Of a stretch of 64,000 bases of DNA, positions 44,961 through 57,540 are shown one piece after another. Source of the stretch: the human T2T-CHM13v2.0 reference genome, Homo sapiens; NCBI RefSeq assembly GCF_009914755.1, contig NC_060933.1; one strand, 5' to 3'. The notes beneath the pieces are model-generated. The model was given only the letters and a program-made list of their open reading frames with translations. It was not told where the DNA came from and did no database searches. How positions within the stretch are numbered: position 1 is the first letter of the stretch; the number at the start of each line of letters is the position of its first letter. The position numbers and the translations under genes were made by a program.

Positions 44961-47900
44961 GGGTTGATTCAATTCCATTGCATTCCATTCCATTCCAGTC
45001 CATTCCATTCCGTTGCATTCCATTCCATTACATTCGGATTGATTCTATTCAACTCCCTTACTCTCCATTACATTCCATTCCATTCGGGTTGTTCCATTCC
45101 ATTCCATTCCATTCCACTCCATTCCATTGCACTCGGGTTGATTCCATTCCATTCCTTCCATTCCATTCCATTGCGGATGATTCCATTCCATTGCATTCCG
45201 TTCAATTACATTCCCCTGCACTCGCGTTGATTCCATTCCATTCCATTCCATTCCATTCAATTCCATTCCATTACAATTCGTTCCATTCCATTCTATTCCG
45301 TACCATTCCATTCCATTCCATACCATTCCATTCCATTCCATTCCATTCCGTTCCATTCCGTTCCATTACATTCCATTCCATTCTATTCGAATTAGTTCCA
45401 TTCCATTCCATTCCATTCCATTCTATTCCATTCCATTGCAATCGAGTTGAACCCATTGCATTTCATTCCATTCCATTCCATTCCATTCCATTCCGGAAGA
45501 TTCCATTCCATTGCATTCCATTCCAATCCATTCCCCTGCACTCGAGTTGATTCCATTCCATTCCACTCCATTCCATTCCATTCCGTTCCGTTCCATTCCA
45601 TTCCATTCCATTCCATTCCATTCCATTACGTTCCGTTCCATTCCATTCCATTCCATTCTATTCGGGTTAATTCCATTCCATTCCATTCGATTGCAATCGA
45701 GTTGATTCCATTCCATTCCATTCCATTCCATTCCATTCCTTTCCATTCCATTCCGGAAGATTCCATTCCATTGCATTCCATTCCATTCCATTCCCCTGCA
45801 CTCGCGTTGATTCCATTCCATTCCATTCCATCCCATTCCATTCCGTTCCGTTCCATTCCATTCCATTCCATTCCATTCCATTCCGTTCCGTTCCATTCCA
45901 TTCCATTCTATTCTATTCGGGTTAATTCCATTTAATTCCATTCGATTGCAATCGAGTTGATTCCATTCCATTCCATTCCATTCCATTCCATTCCATTCCA
46001 TTCCATTCCATTCCTTTCCATTCCATTACGGATGATTCCATTCCATTGCATTCCATTCCATTCCATTCCCCTGTACTCGGGTTGATTCCATTCCATTCCA
46101 TTCCAATCCATGCCATTCCATTCGTGTTGATTCCATTCTTTCCATTCCATTCAAGTTGAATCCATTCCATTCTATTCCATTCCATTCGATTCCATTCGAT
46201 TGCACTCGGGTTGATTCCATTCCATTGCATTCCATTCCATTCCATTCCATTCCAATCCATTCCGTTCCATTCGATTCCATTACATTCGGATTGATTCTAT
46301 TCAATTCCCTTACACTCCATTACATTCCATTCCATTCGGGTAGTTTCCATTCCATTCCATTCCATTCCTCTCCATTCCATTGCACTCGGGTTGATTCCAT
46401 TCCATTGCATTCCATTCCATTCCATTCAATTCCATTCCGTTCCATTCCATTCCATTACATTCGGATTGATTCTATTCAACTCCCTTACTCTCCATTACAT
46501 TCCATTCCATTCGGGTTGTTCCATTCCATTACATTCCATTCCACTCCATTCCATTGCACTCGGGTTGATTCCATTCCATTCCATTCCATTCCATTCCATT
46601 CCGGAAGATTCCATTCCATTGCATTCCATTCCATTCCATTCCCCTGCACTCGCGTTGATTCCATTCCATTCCATTCCATTCCATTCCGTTCCGTTCCGTT
46701 CCATTCCATTCCATTCCATTCCATTCCATTCCGTTCCGTTCCATTCCATTCCATTCCATTCTATTCGGGTTAATTCCATTCCATTCCATTCGATTGCAGT
46801 CGATTTGATTCCATTCCATTCCATTCCATTCCATTCCATTCCTTTCCATTCCATTACGGATGATTCCATTCCATTGCATTCCATTCCATTCCATTCCCCT
46901 GCACTCGCGTTGATTCCATTCCATTCCATTCCATTCCATTCCGTTCCGTTCCGTTCCATTCCATTCCATTCCATTCCATTCAATTCCATTCCGTTCCATT
47001 CCATTCCATTCCATTCGGATTGATTCTATTCAACTCCCTTACTCTCCATTACATTCCATTCCATTCAGGTTGTTCCATTCCATTCCATTCCATTCCACTC
47101 CATTCCATTGCACTCGGGTTGATTCCATTCCATTCCATTCCATTCCATTCCATTCCATTCCGGAAGATTCCATTCCATTGCATTCCATTCCATTCCATTC
47201 CCCTGCACTCACGTTGATTCCATTCCATTCCATTCTATTCCATTCCATTCCCTTCCTTTCCGTTCCATTCCATTCCATTCCATTCCATTCCATTGCATTC
47301 CGTTCTGTTCCATTCCATTCCATTCCATTCCATTCTAATCGGGTTAATTCCATTCCATTCCATTCGATTCCAATCGAGTTGATTCCATTCCATTCCATTC
47401 CATTCCATTCCATTCCATTCAATTCCATTCCTTTCCATTCCATTACGGATGATTCCATTCCATTGCATTCCATTCCATTCCATTCCCCTGTACTCGGGTT
47501 GATTCCATTCCATTCCATTCCAATCCATGCCATTCCACTCGTGTTGATTCCATTCTTTCCATTCCATTCAAGTTGAATCCATTCCATTGCATTCTTTTCC
47601 ATTCGATTCCATTCGATTGCACTCGGGTTGATTCCATTCCATTGCATTCCATTCCATTCCAATACCTTCCATTCCGTTGCATTCCATTCCATTACATTCG
47701 GATTGATTGTATTCAACTCCCTTACTCTCCATTCCATTCCATTCCATTCGGGTTGTTCCATTCCATTCCATTCCATTCCACTCCATTCCATTGCACTCGG
47801 GTTGATTCCATACCATTCAATTCCATTCCATTCCATTCTGGATGATTCCATTCAATTGCATTCCGTTCCATGACATTCCCCTGCACTCGCGTTGATTCCA

Positions 47901-50900
47901 TTCCATTCCATTCCATTCCATTCCGTTTCATTCCATTCCATTACATTCGGATTGATTCTATTCAATTCCCTTACACTCCATTACATTCCATTCCATTTGG
48001 GTAGTTTCCATTCCATTCCATTCCATTCCTCTCCATTCCATTGCACTCGGGTTGATTCCATTCCATTGCATTCCATTCCATTCCATTCAATTCCATTCCG
48101 TTCCATTCCATTCCATTACATTCGGATTGATTCTATTCAACTCCCTTACTCTCCATTACATTCCATTCCATTCGGGTTGTTCCATTCCATTCCATTCCAT
48201 TCCACTCCATTCCATTGCACTCGGGTTTATTCCATTCCATTCCATTCCATTCCATTCCATTCCGTTCCATTCCGGAAGATTCTATTCCATTGCATTCCAT
48301 TCCATTCCATTCCCCTGCACTCGCTTTGATTCCATTCCATTCCATTCCATTCCATTTCATTCCATTCTTTTCCGTTCCATTCCATTCCATTCCATTCCAT
48401 TCCGTTCCGTTCCGTTCCATTCCATTCCATTCCATTCTATTCGGGTTAATTCCATTCCATTCCATTCGATTGCAATCGAGTTGATTCCATTCCATTCCAT
48501 TCCATTCCATTCCATTCCATTCCATTCTTTCCATTCCATTACGGATGATTCCATTCCATTGCATTCCATTCCATTCCATTCCCCTGTACTCGGGTTGATT
48601 CCATTCCATTCCATTCCAATCCATGCCATTCCACTCGTGTTGATTCCATTCTTTCCATTCCATTCAAGTTGAATCCATTCCATTGCATTCCATTCCATTC
48701 CATTCCCCTGCAGTCGGGTTGTTTCCATTCCATTCCATTCCATTCCATTCCGTTCCGTTCCCTTCCATTCCATTCCATTCTATTCGGGTTAATTCCATTC
48801 CATTCAATTCCATTGCATTCCATTCCATTCCATTCCATTCCAATCGAGTTGATTCCATTCCATTCCCTTCCATTCCATTCCACTCCATTCCAGTCCTTTC
48901 CATTCCATTCCACTCGGGTTGATTCCAATGTATTCCTTTCCATTCCATTCCATTCCATTGCAATCGAGTTGATTCCATTGCTTTGCATTCCATTCCATTC
49001 CATTCCATTCCGGATGATTCCATTCCATTGCATTCCATTCCATTCCATTCCCCTGCACTCGGGTTGATTCCATTCCATTCCACTCCATTCCGTTCCACTC
49101 CATTCCATTCCATTGTATTCGGGTTAATTCCATTCCATTCCATTCCATTCTATTCCATTCCATTACAATCGAGTTGATCCCATTCCATTCTATTCCATTC
49201 CAGTCCTTTCCATTCCATTCCACTCGGGTTGATTCCATTCTATTATTTTCCATTCCATTCCAATCCCTTACATTCCACTCTGGTTGATTCCATTCCTTTC
49301 CATTCCACTCGAATACATTCCCTCCTATTGCACTCGGAACGATTCCATTCCATTGCATTCCATTCCATTCTATTCCATTCCATTCCATTCCATTACATTA
49401 CATTCCTTTCCATTCCAGTCCTTTCCATTCCATTCCACTCGCGTTGATCCCATTCTATTAGTTTCCATTCCATTCCATTCCCTTCCATTCCACTCTGGTT
49501 GATTCCATTCCATTCCATTCCATTCCATTCCATTCCATTCCATTCCATTCCATTTTGTTCCATTCCATTCTATTCCGTATCATTCCATTCCATTCCATTC
49601 CATTCCATTCCATTCCATTCCATTCCACTCGTGTTGATTCCATTCCTTTCCATTCCATTCGGTTTGAAGGCATTCCATTCCATTCCGTTCCATTCCATTC
49701 CATTTTATTCCATTCCATTTCATTGTACTCGGGTTGATTCCATTCCATTGCATTCCATTCCATTACATTCCATTCCATTCCGTTGCATTCCATTCCATTA
49801 CATTCGGATTGATTCTATTCAACTCCCTTACTCTCCATTACATTCCATTCCATTCGGGTTGTTCCATTCCATTCCATTCCATTCCACTCCATTCCATTGC
49901 TCTCGGGTTGATTCCATTCCATTCCATTCCATTACGGATGATTCCATTCCATTGCATTCCGTTCCATTACATTCCCCTAAACTCGCGTTGATTCCATTCC
50001 ATTCCATTCCATTCCATTCAATTCCGTTCTATTACAATTCGTTCCATTCCATTGTATTCCATACCTTTCCATTCCATTCCATACCATTCCATTGCATTCC
50101 ATTCCATTCCATTCCGTTCCATTCCGTTCCATTCCATTCCATTCCATTCCATTCGGGTTAATTCCATTCCATTCCATTCCATTCCATTCCATTCCATTCT
50201 ATTCCATTCCATTGCAATCGAGTTGAATCCATTGCCTTTCATTCCATTCCATTCCATTCCGGAAGATTCCATTCCATTGCATTCCATTCCAATCCATTCC
50301 CCTGCTCTCGCGTTGATTCCATTCCATTCCATTCCATTCCATTCCATTCCGTTCCGTTCCGTTCCGTTCCATTCCATTCCATTCCATTCCATTCCGTTCC
50401 GTTCCATTCCATTCCATTCCATTCTATTCGGGTTAATTCCATTCCATTCCATTCGATTGCAATCGAGTTGATTCCATTCCATTCCATTCCATTCCATTCC
50501 ATTCCATTCCATTCCTTTCCATTCCATTACGGATGATTCCATTCCATTGCATTCCATTCCATTCCATTCCCCTGTACTCGGCTTGATTCCATTCCATTCT
50601 ATTCCAATCCATGCCATTCCACTCGTGTTGATTCCATTCTTTCCATTCCATTCAAGTTGAATCCATTCCATTGCATTCCATTCCATTCGATTCCATTCGA
50701 TTGCACTCGGATTGATTCCATTCCATTGCATTCCATTCCATTCCATTCCATTCCATTCCATTCCATTCCATTCCATTCCATTCCCTTCCATTCCATTCCA
50801 TTACATTCGGATTGATTCTATTCAACTCCCTTACTCTCCATTCCATTCCATTCCATTCGGGTTGTTCCATTCCATTCCATTCCATTCCACTCCATTCCAT

Positions 50901-50934
50901 TGCACTCGGGTTTATTCCATTCCATTCCATTCCA

Positions 50935-51830
50935 TTCCATTACATTGCACACGGGTTCATTCCATTCCATTCCATTAAATTCCATTCCATTCCATTTCAT
51001 TCCATTCCATTCTATTCCGTACCATTCCATTCCATCCCATTCCATTCCATTCCATTCCATTCCATGCCATTACACTCGGGTTGATTCCATTCCTTTCCAT
51101 TCCATTCTTGTTGAATCCATTCCATTCCATTCCATTCCATTCCATTCGAATCCATTCCATTGCACTCCGGTTGATTCCATTCCATTCCATTCCATTCCAT
51201 TTCATTCCATTCCTTTCCAATACATTCGGATTGATTCTATTCAATTCCTTTACACTCCATTACATTACATTCCATTCGGGATGTTTCCATTCCATTCCAT
51301 TGCATTCCACTCCATTCCATTGCATCGGGTTGATTGCATTCCATTCCATTCCATTCCATTCCGGATGACTCCATTCCATTGCATTCCATTCCATTCCATT
51401 CCCCTGCACTCGGGTTGATTACATTCCATTCCATTCCCTTCCATTCCTTTCCATTCCATTCCACTCCATTGCAATCGAGTTGATTCCATTCCATTCCATT
51501 CCATTCCATTCCATTCCATTCCGGATGATTGCATTCCATGGCATTCCATTCCATTCCATTCCCCTGCACTCGGGTTGATTCCATTCCATTTCATTACATT
51601 ACATTCCGTTCCATTCCATTCCATTCCATTCTATTCCGGTAAATTCTATTCCATTCCATTCCATTCCATTCCATTCCATTCCATTCCATTCCATTGCAAT
51701 CTAGTTGATTCGACTCCATTCCATTCCATTCCATTCCATTCCAATCGATTTGATTCCATTCCATTCCATTCCATTCCAGTCCATTCCAGTCCTTTCCATT
51801 CCATTCCACTCGGGTTGATTCCATTCTATT
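50935..51830 (+). repeat. Isolated ~0.9-kb fragment of sub-domain B; near-identical to ~54402-55295
   Basis: Constant offset of 3467 bp (ORF starts 50975/54442, 51237/54704, 51575/55042). Shared rare variants GCACTCCGGTTG, CCAATACATTCGG, GGATGACTCC and TTCCGGTAAATTC. Confidence 0.85.
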
Positions 51831-53480
51831 AGTTTCCATTCCATTCCATTCCCTTCCATTCCACTCTGGTTGATTCCATTCCTTTCCATTCCACTCGAAT
51901 ACATTCCCTCCTATTCCACTCGGAACGATTCCATTCCATTCCATTCCATTCCATTCCATTCCATTCCATTTCGTTCCATTCCATTCTATTCCGTACCATT
52001 CCATTCCATTCCATTCCATTCCATTCCATTCCATTCCATTCCATTGTACTCGGGTTGATTCTATTCCATTGCATTCCATTCCATTCCATTCCATTCCATT
52101 CCATTCCGGATGATTCCATTCCATTGCATTCCGTTCCATTACATTCCCCTGCACTCGCGTTGATTCCATTCCATTCCATTCCATTCCATTCAATTCCATT
52201 CCATTACAATTCGTTCCATTCCATTCTATTCCGTACCATTCCATTCCATTCCATTCCATTCCATTCTATTCGGATTAATTCCATTCCATTCCATTCCATT
52301 CCATTCTATTCCATTCCATTGCAATCGAGTTGAATCCATTGCATTTCATTCCATTCCATTCCATTCCATTCCATTCCATTCTATTCCGGAAGATTCCATT
52401 CCATTGCATTCCATTCCATTCCATTCCTCTGCACTCGCGTTGATTCCATTCCATTCCATTCCATTCCATTCCATTCCATTCCGTTCCGTTCCGTTCCGTT
52501 CCATTCCATTCCATTCCATTCCATTCCATTCCGTTCCGTTCCATTCCATTCCATTCCATTCTATTCGAGTTAATTCCATTCCATTCCATTCGATTGCAAT
52601 CGAGTTGATTCCATTCCATTCCATTTCATTCCATTCCATTCCATTCCATTCCATTCCATTCCTTTCCATTCCATTACGGATGATTCCATTCCATTGCATT
52701 CCATTCCATTCCATTCCCCTGTACTCGGGTTGATTCCATTCCATTCCATTCCAATCCATGCCATTCCACTCGTGTTGATTCCATTCTTTCCATTCCATTC
52801 AAGTTGAATCCTTTCCATTACATTCCATTCCATTCGATTCCATTCGATTGCACTCGGGTTGATTCCATTCCATTGCATTCCATTCCATTCCATTCCATTC
52901 CATTCCATTCCGTTCCGTTCCATTCCATTACATTCGGATTGATTCTATTCAATTCCCTTACACTCCATTACATTCCATTCCATTCGGGTAGTTTCCATTC
53001 CATTCCATTCCATTCCTCTCCATTCCATTGCACTCGGGTTGATTCCATTCCATTGCATTCCATTCCATTCCATTCAATTCCATTCCGTTCCATTCCATTC
53101 CATTACATTCGGATTGATTCTATTCAACTCCCTTACCCTCCATTCCATTCCATTCCATTCGGGTTGTTCCATTCCATTCCTTTCCATTCCACTCCATTCC
53201 ATTGCACTCGGGTTGATTCCATTCCATTCCATTCCATTCCGGAAGATTCCATTCCATTGCATTCCATTCCATTCCATTCCCCTGCACTCGCGTTGATTCC
53301 ATTCCATTCCATTCTATTCCATTCCATTCCGATCCGTTCCATTCCATTCCATTCCATTCCATTCCATTCCATTCCGTTACGTTCCATTCCATTCCATTCC
53401 ATTCTATTCGGGTTAATTCCATTCCATTCCATTCGATTGCAATCGAGTTGATTCCATTCCATTCCATTCCATTCCATTCC
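51830..53480 (+). repeat. ~1.6-kb block homologous to ~58670-60290
   Basis: Offsets 6844-6824 (51870/58714, 52804/59628). Shared variants GATTCTATTCCATTGC, CTATTCCGGAAG, CCTCTGCACTC and GAATCCTTTCC. Confidence 0.82.
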
Positions 53481-53934
53481 ATTCCATTCCATTCCATTCC
53501 ATTCCATTCCATTCCGTTCCATTCCATTACGGATGATTCCATTCCATTGCATTGCATTCCATTCCATTCCCCTGTACTCGGGTTGATTCCATTCCATTCC
53601 ATTCCATTCCATGCCATTCCACTCGTGTTGATTCCATTCTTTCCATTCGATTCAAGTTGAATCCATTCCATTGCATTCCATTCCGTTCGATTCCATTCGA
53701 TTGCACTCGTGTTGATTCCATTCCATTGCATTCCATTCCATTCCATTCCATTCCATTCCATTCCGTTCCATTCCATTCCATTCCATTCGGATTGATTCTA
53801 TTCAATTCCCTTACACTCCATTACATTCCATTCCATTCGGGTAGTTTCCATTCCATTCCATTCCATTCCTCTCCATTCCATTGCATTCGGGTTAATTCCA
53901 TTCCATTCCATTCCATTCCATTCCATTCCATTCC

Positions 53935-56760
53935 GGATGATTCCATTCCACTGAATTCCATTCCATTCCATTCCCCTGCACTTGGGTTGATTCCATTCCT
54001 TTCCATTCCATTCCTCTCCGTTCCATTCAATTCCATTCCATTCCATTCCATTCTATTCGTGTTAATTCCATTCCATTCTATTCCATTCCATTCCAATTGA
54101 AATCGAGTTGATTCCATTCCATTCCATTCCATTCCGGATGATACCATTCCATTGCATTCCATTCCATTCCATTCCCCTGCACTCGGGTTGAATCCATTCC
54201 ATTCCATTCCATTACATTCCGTTCCATTCCATTCCATTCCATTCTATTCGTGTTAATTCCATTCCATTCCATTCCACTCCATTCCAGTCCTTTGCATTCC
54301 ATTCCACTCGGGTTGATTCCATTCTATTCCTTTCCATTCCATTCCATTCCATTGCAATCGAGTTGATTCCATTCGAGTTGAATCCATTCCATTCCATTCC
54401 ATTCCATTACATTGCACACGGGTTCATTCCATTCCATTCCATTAAATTCCATTCCATTCCATTTCATTCCATTCCATTCTATTCCGTACCATTCCATTCC
54501 ATCCCATTCCATTCCATTCCATTCCATTCCATGCCATTACACTCGGGTTGATTCCATTCCTTTCCATTCCATTCTTGTTGAATCCATTCCATTCCATTCC
54601 ATTCCATTCCATTCGAATCCATTCCATTGCACTCCGGTTGATTCCATTCCATTCCATTCCATTCCATTTCATTCCATTCCTTTCCAATACATTCGGATTG
54701 ATTCTATTCAATTCCTTTACACTCCATTACATTACATTCCATTCGGGATGTTTCCATTCCATTCCATTGCATTCCACTCCATTCCATTGCATCGGGTTGA
54801 TTGCATTCCATTCCATTCCATTCCATTCCGGATGACTCCATTCCATTGCATTCCATTCCATTCCATTCCCCTGCACTCGGGTTGATTACATTCCATTCCA
54901 TTCCCTTCCATTCCTTTCCATTCCATTCCACTCCATTGCAATCGAGTTGATTCCATTCCATTCCATTCCATTCCATTCCATTCCATTCCGGATGATTGCA
55001 TTCCATGGCATTCCATTCCATTCCATTCCCCTGCACTCGGGTTGATTCCATTCCATTTGATTACATTACATTCCGTTCCATTCCATTCCATTCCATTCTA
55101 TTCCGGTAAATTCTATTCCATTCCATTCCATTCCATTCCATTCCATTCCATTCTATTCCATTGCAATCTAGTTGATTCGACTCCATTCCATTCCATTCCA
55201 TTCCATTCCAATCGATTTGATTCCATTCCATTCCATTCCATTCCAGTCCATTCCAGTCCTTTCCATTCCATTCCACTCGGGTTGATTCCATTCTATTCCT
55301 TTCCATTCCATTCCATTCCATTGCAGTCGAGTTGATTCCATTCCATTTCATTCCATTCCATTCCATTCCATTCCATTCCAATCGATTTAATTCCATTCCA
55401 TTCCATTCCATTCCACTCCATTCCAGTCCTTTCCAATCCATTCCACTCGGGTTGATTCCATTCTATTCCTTTCCACTCCATTCCATTCCATTGCAATCGA
55501 GTTGATACCTTTCGAGTTGAATCCATTCCATTCCATTCCATTCCATTACATTGCACACGGGTTCATTCCATTCCATTCCATTCCATTCCATTCCATTCCA
55601 TTTCATTCCATTCCATTCTATTCCGTACCATTCCATTCCATCCCATTCCATTCCATTCCATTCCATGCCATTACAGTCGGGTTGATACCATTCCTTTCCA
55701 TTCCATTCTTGTTGAATCCATTCCATTCCATTCCATTCCATTCGAATCCATTCCATTGCACTCGGTTTGATTCCATTCCATTCCATTCCATTCCATTCCA
55801 TTCCATTTCATTCCATTCCCTTCCATTACATTCGGACTGATTCTATTCAATTCCCTTACACTCCAATACATTCCATTCCATTCGGTATGTTTCCATTCCA
55901 TTCCATTCCATTCCATTGCATCGGGTTAATTCCATTCCATTCCATTCCATTCCATTCCATTCCATTCCATTCCGGATGATTCCATTCCATTGCATTCCAT
56001 TCCATTCCATTCCCGTGCAGTCGGGTTGATTCCATTCCATTCTATTCCATTCCATTCCATTCCATTCCATACCATTCCATTCCATTCCATTCCATTCCAT
56101 TCTATTCGGGTTAATTCCATTCCATTCCATTCCATTCCATTCCATTCCATTCAAATTCCATTCCACTCCATTCCAATCGAGTTGATTCCATTCCATTCCT
56201 TTCCATTCCATTCCACTCCATTCCAGTCCTTTCCATTCCATTCCACTCGGGTTGATTCCATTTTATTCATTTCCATTCCATTCCATTCCATTGCAATCGA
56301 GTTGATTCCATTGTTTTGCATTCCATTCCATTCCATTCCATTCCGGATGATTCCATTCCATTGCATTCCATTCCATTCCATTCCCCTGCACTCGGGCTGA
56401 TTCCATTCCATTCCACTCCATTCCGTTCCATTCCATTCCATTACATTGTATTCGAGTTAATTCCATTCCATTCCATTCCATTCCATTCCATTACAATCGA
56501 GTTGATTCCATTCCATTCCATTCCATACCATTCCATTCCATTCCATTCCATTCCATTCCATTCCATTCCGTTCCGTTCCGTTCCGTTGCATTCCATTCCA
56601 TTCCATTCCGGATGATTCCATTCCATTGAATTCCATTCCATTCCTTTCCCCTGCACTTGGGTTGATTCCATTCCATTCCATTCCATTCCATTCCTTTCCG
56701 TTCCATTCCATTCCATTCCATTCCATTCCATTCTATTTGTGTTAATTCCATTCCATTCCA
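53935..56760 (+). repeat. Second, shorter copy of sub-domain B
   Basis: Same private motifs (ATTCTTGTTGAATCC at ~54571 and ~55705; CATTCAAATTCC at ~56150). ORF-track offsets to the first copy are 49601 (4197/53798) and 46565-46615 (7948/54548, 9228/55843, 9586/56151). Confidence 0.8.
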
Positions 56761-57540
56761 TTCCATTCCATTCTATTCCATTCCATTGCAATCGAGTTGA
56801 ATCCATTGCATTTCATTCCATTCCATTCCATTCCATTGCATTCCGGAAGATTCCATTCCTTTGCGTTCCATTCCATTCCATTCCCCTGCACTCGCGTTGA
56901 TTCCATTCCATTCCATTCCATTCCATTCCATTCCATTCCATTCCATTCCATTCCGTTCCGTTCCATTCCATTCCATTCCATTCTATTCGGGTTAATTCCA
57001 TTCCATTCCATTCGATTGTAATCGAGTTGATTCCATTCCATTCCATTCCATTCCATTCCATTCCATTCCTTTCCATTCCATTACGGATGATTCCATTCCA
57101 TTGCATTCCATTCCATTCCATTCCCCTGTACTCGGGTTGATTCCATTCCATTCCATTCCAATCCATGCCATTCCACTCGTGTTGATTCCATTCTTTCCAT
57201 TCCATTCAAGTTGAATCCATTCGATTGCATTCCATTCCATTCGATTCCATTCGATTGCACTCGGGTTGATTCCATTCCATTGCATTCCATTCCATTCCAT
57301 TCCATTCCATTCCATTCCATTCCGTTCCATTCCATTCCATTCCATTCCTTTCCATTCCATTCCATTACATTCGGATTGATTCTATTCAATTCCCTTACAC
57401 TCCATTACATTCCATTCCATTCGGGTAGTTTCCATTCCATTCCATTCCATTCCTCTCCATTCCATTGCACTCGGGTTGATTCCATTCCATTGCATTCCAT
57501 TCCATTCCATTCAATTCCATTCCGTTCCATTCCATTCCAT

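Noticed and set aside
11600-50930. A ~9-kb higher-order period from the ~9170 and ~9530 offsets
   Set aside because: The offsets differ, cover only 2.5 and 1.75 kb, and involve different blocks. The intervening sequence does not repeat at that distance.
50935-55295. Y-chromosome DYZ1 (~3.5-kb unit), suggested by the 3467-bp offset
   Set aside because: The offset holds for only ~0.9 kb. There is no window-wide 3.5-kb period and the EcoRI sites are not periodic.
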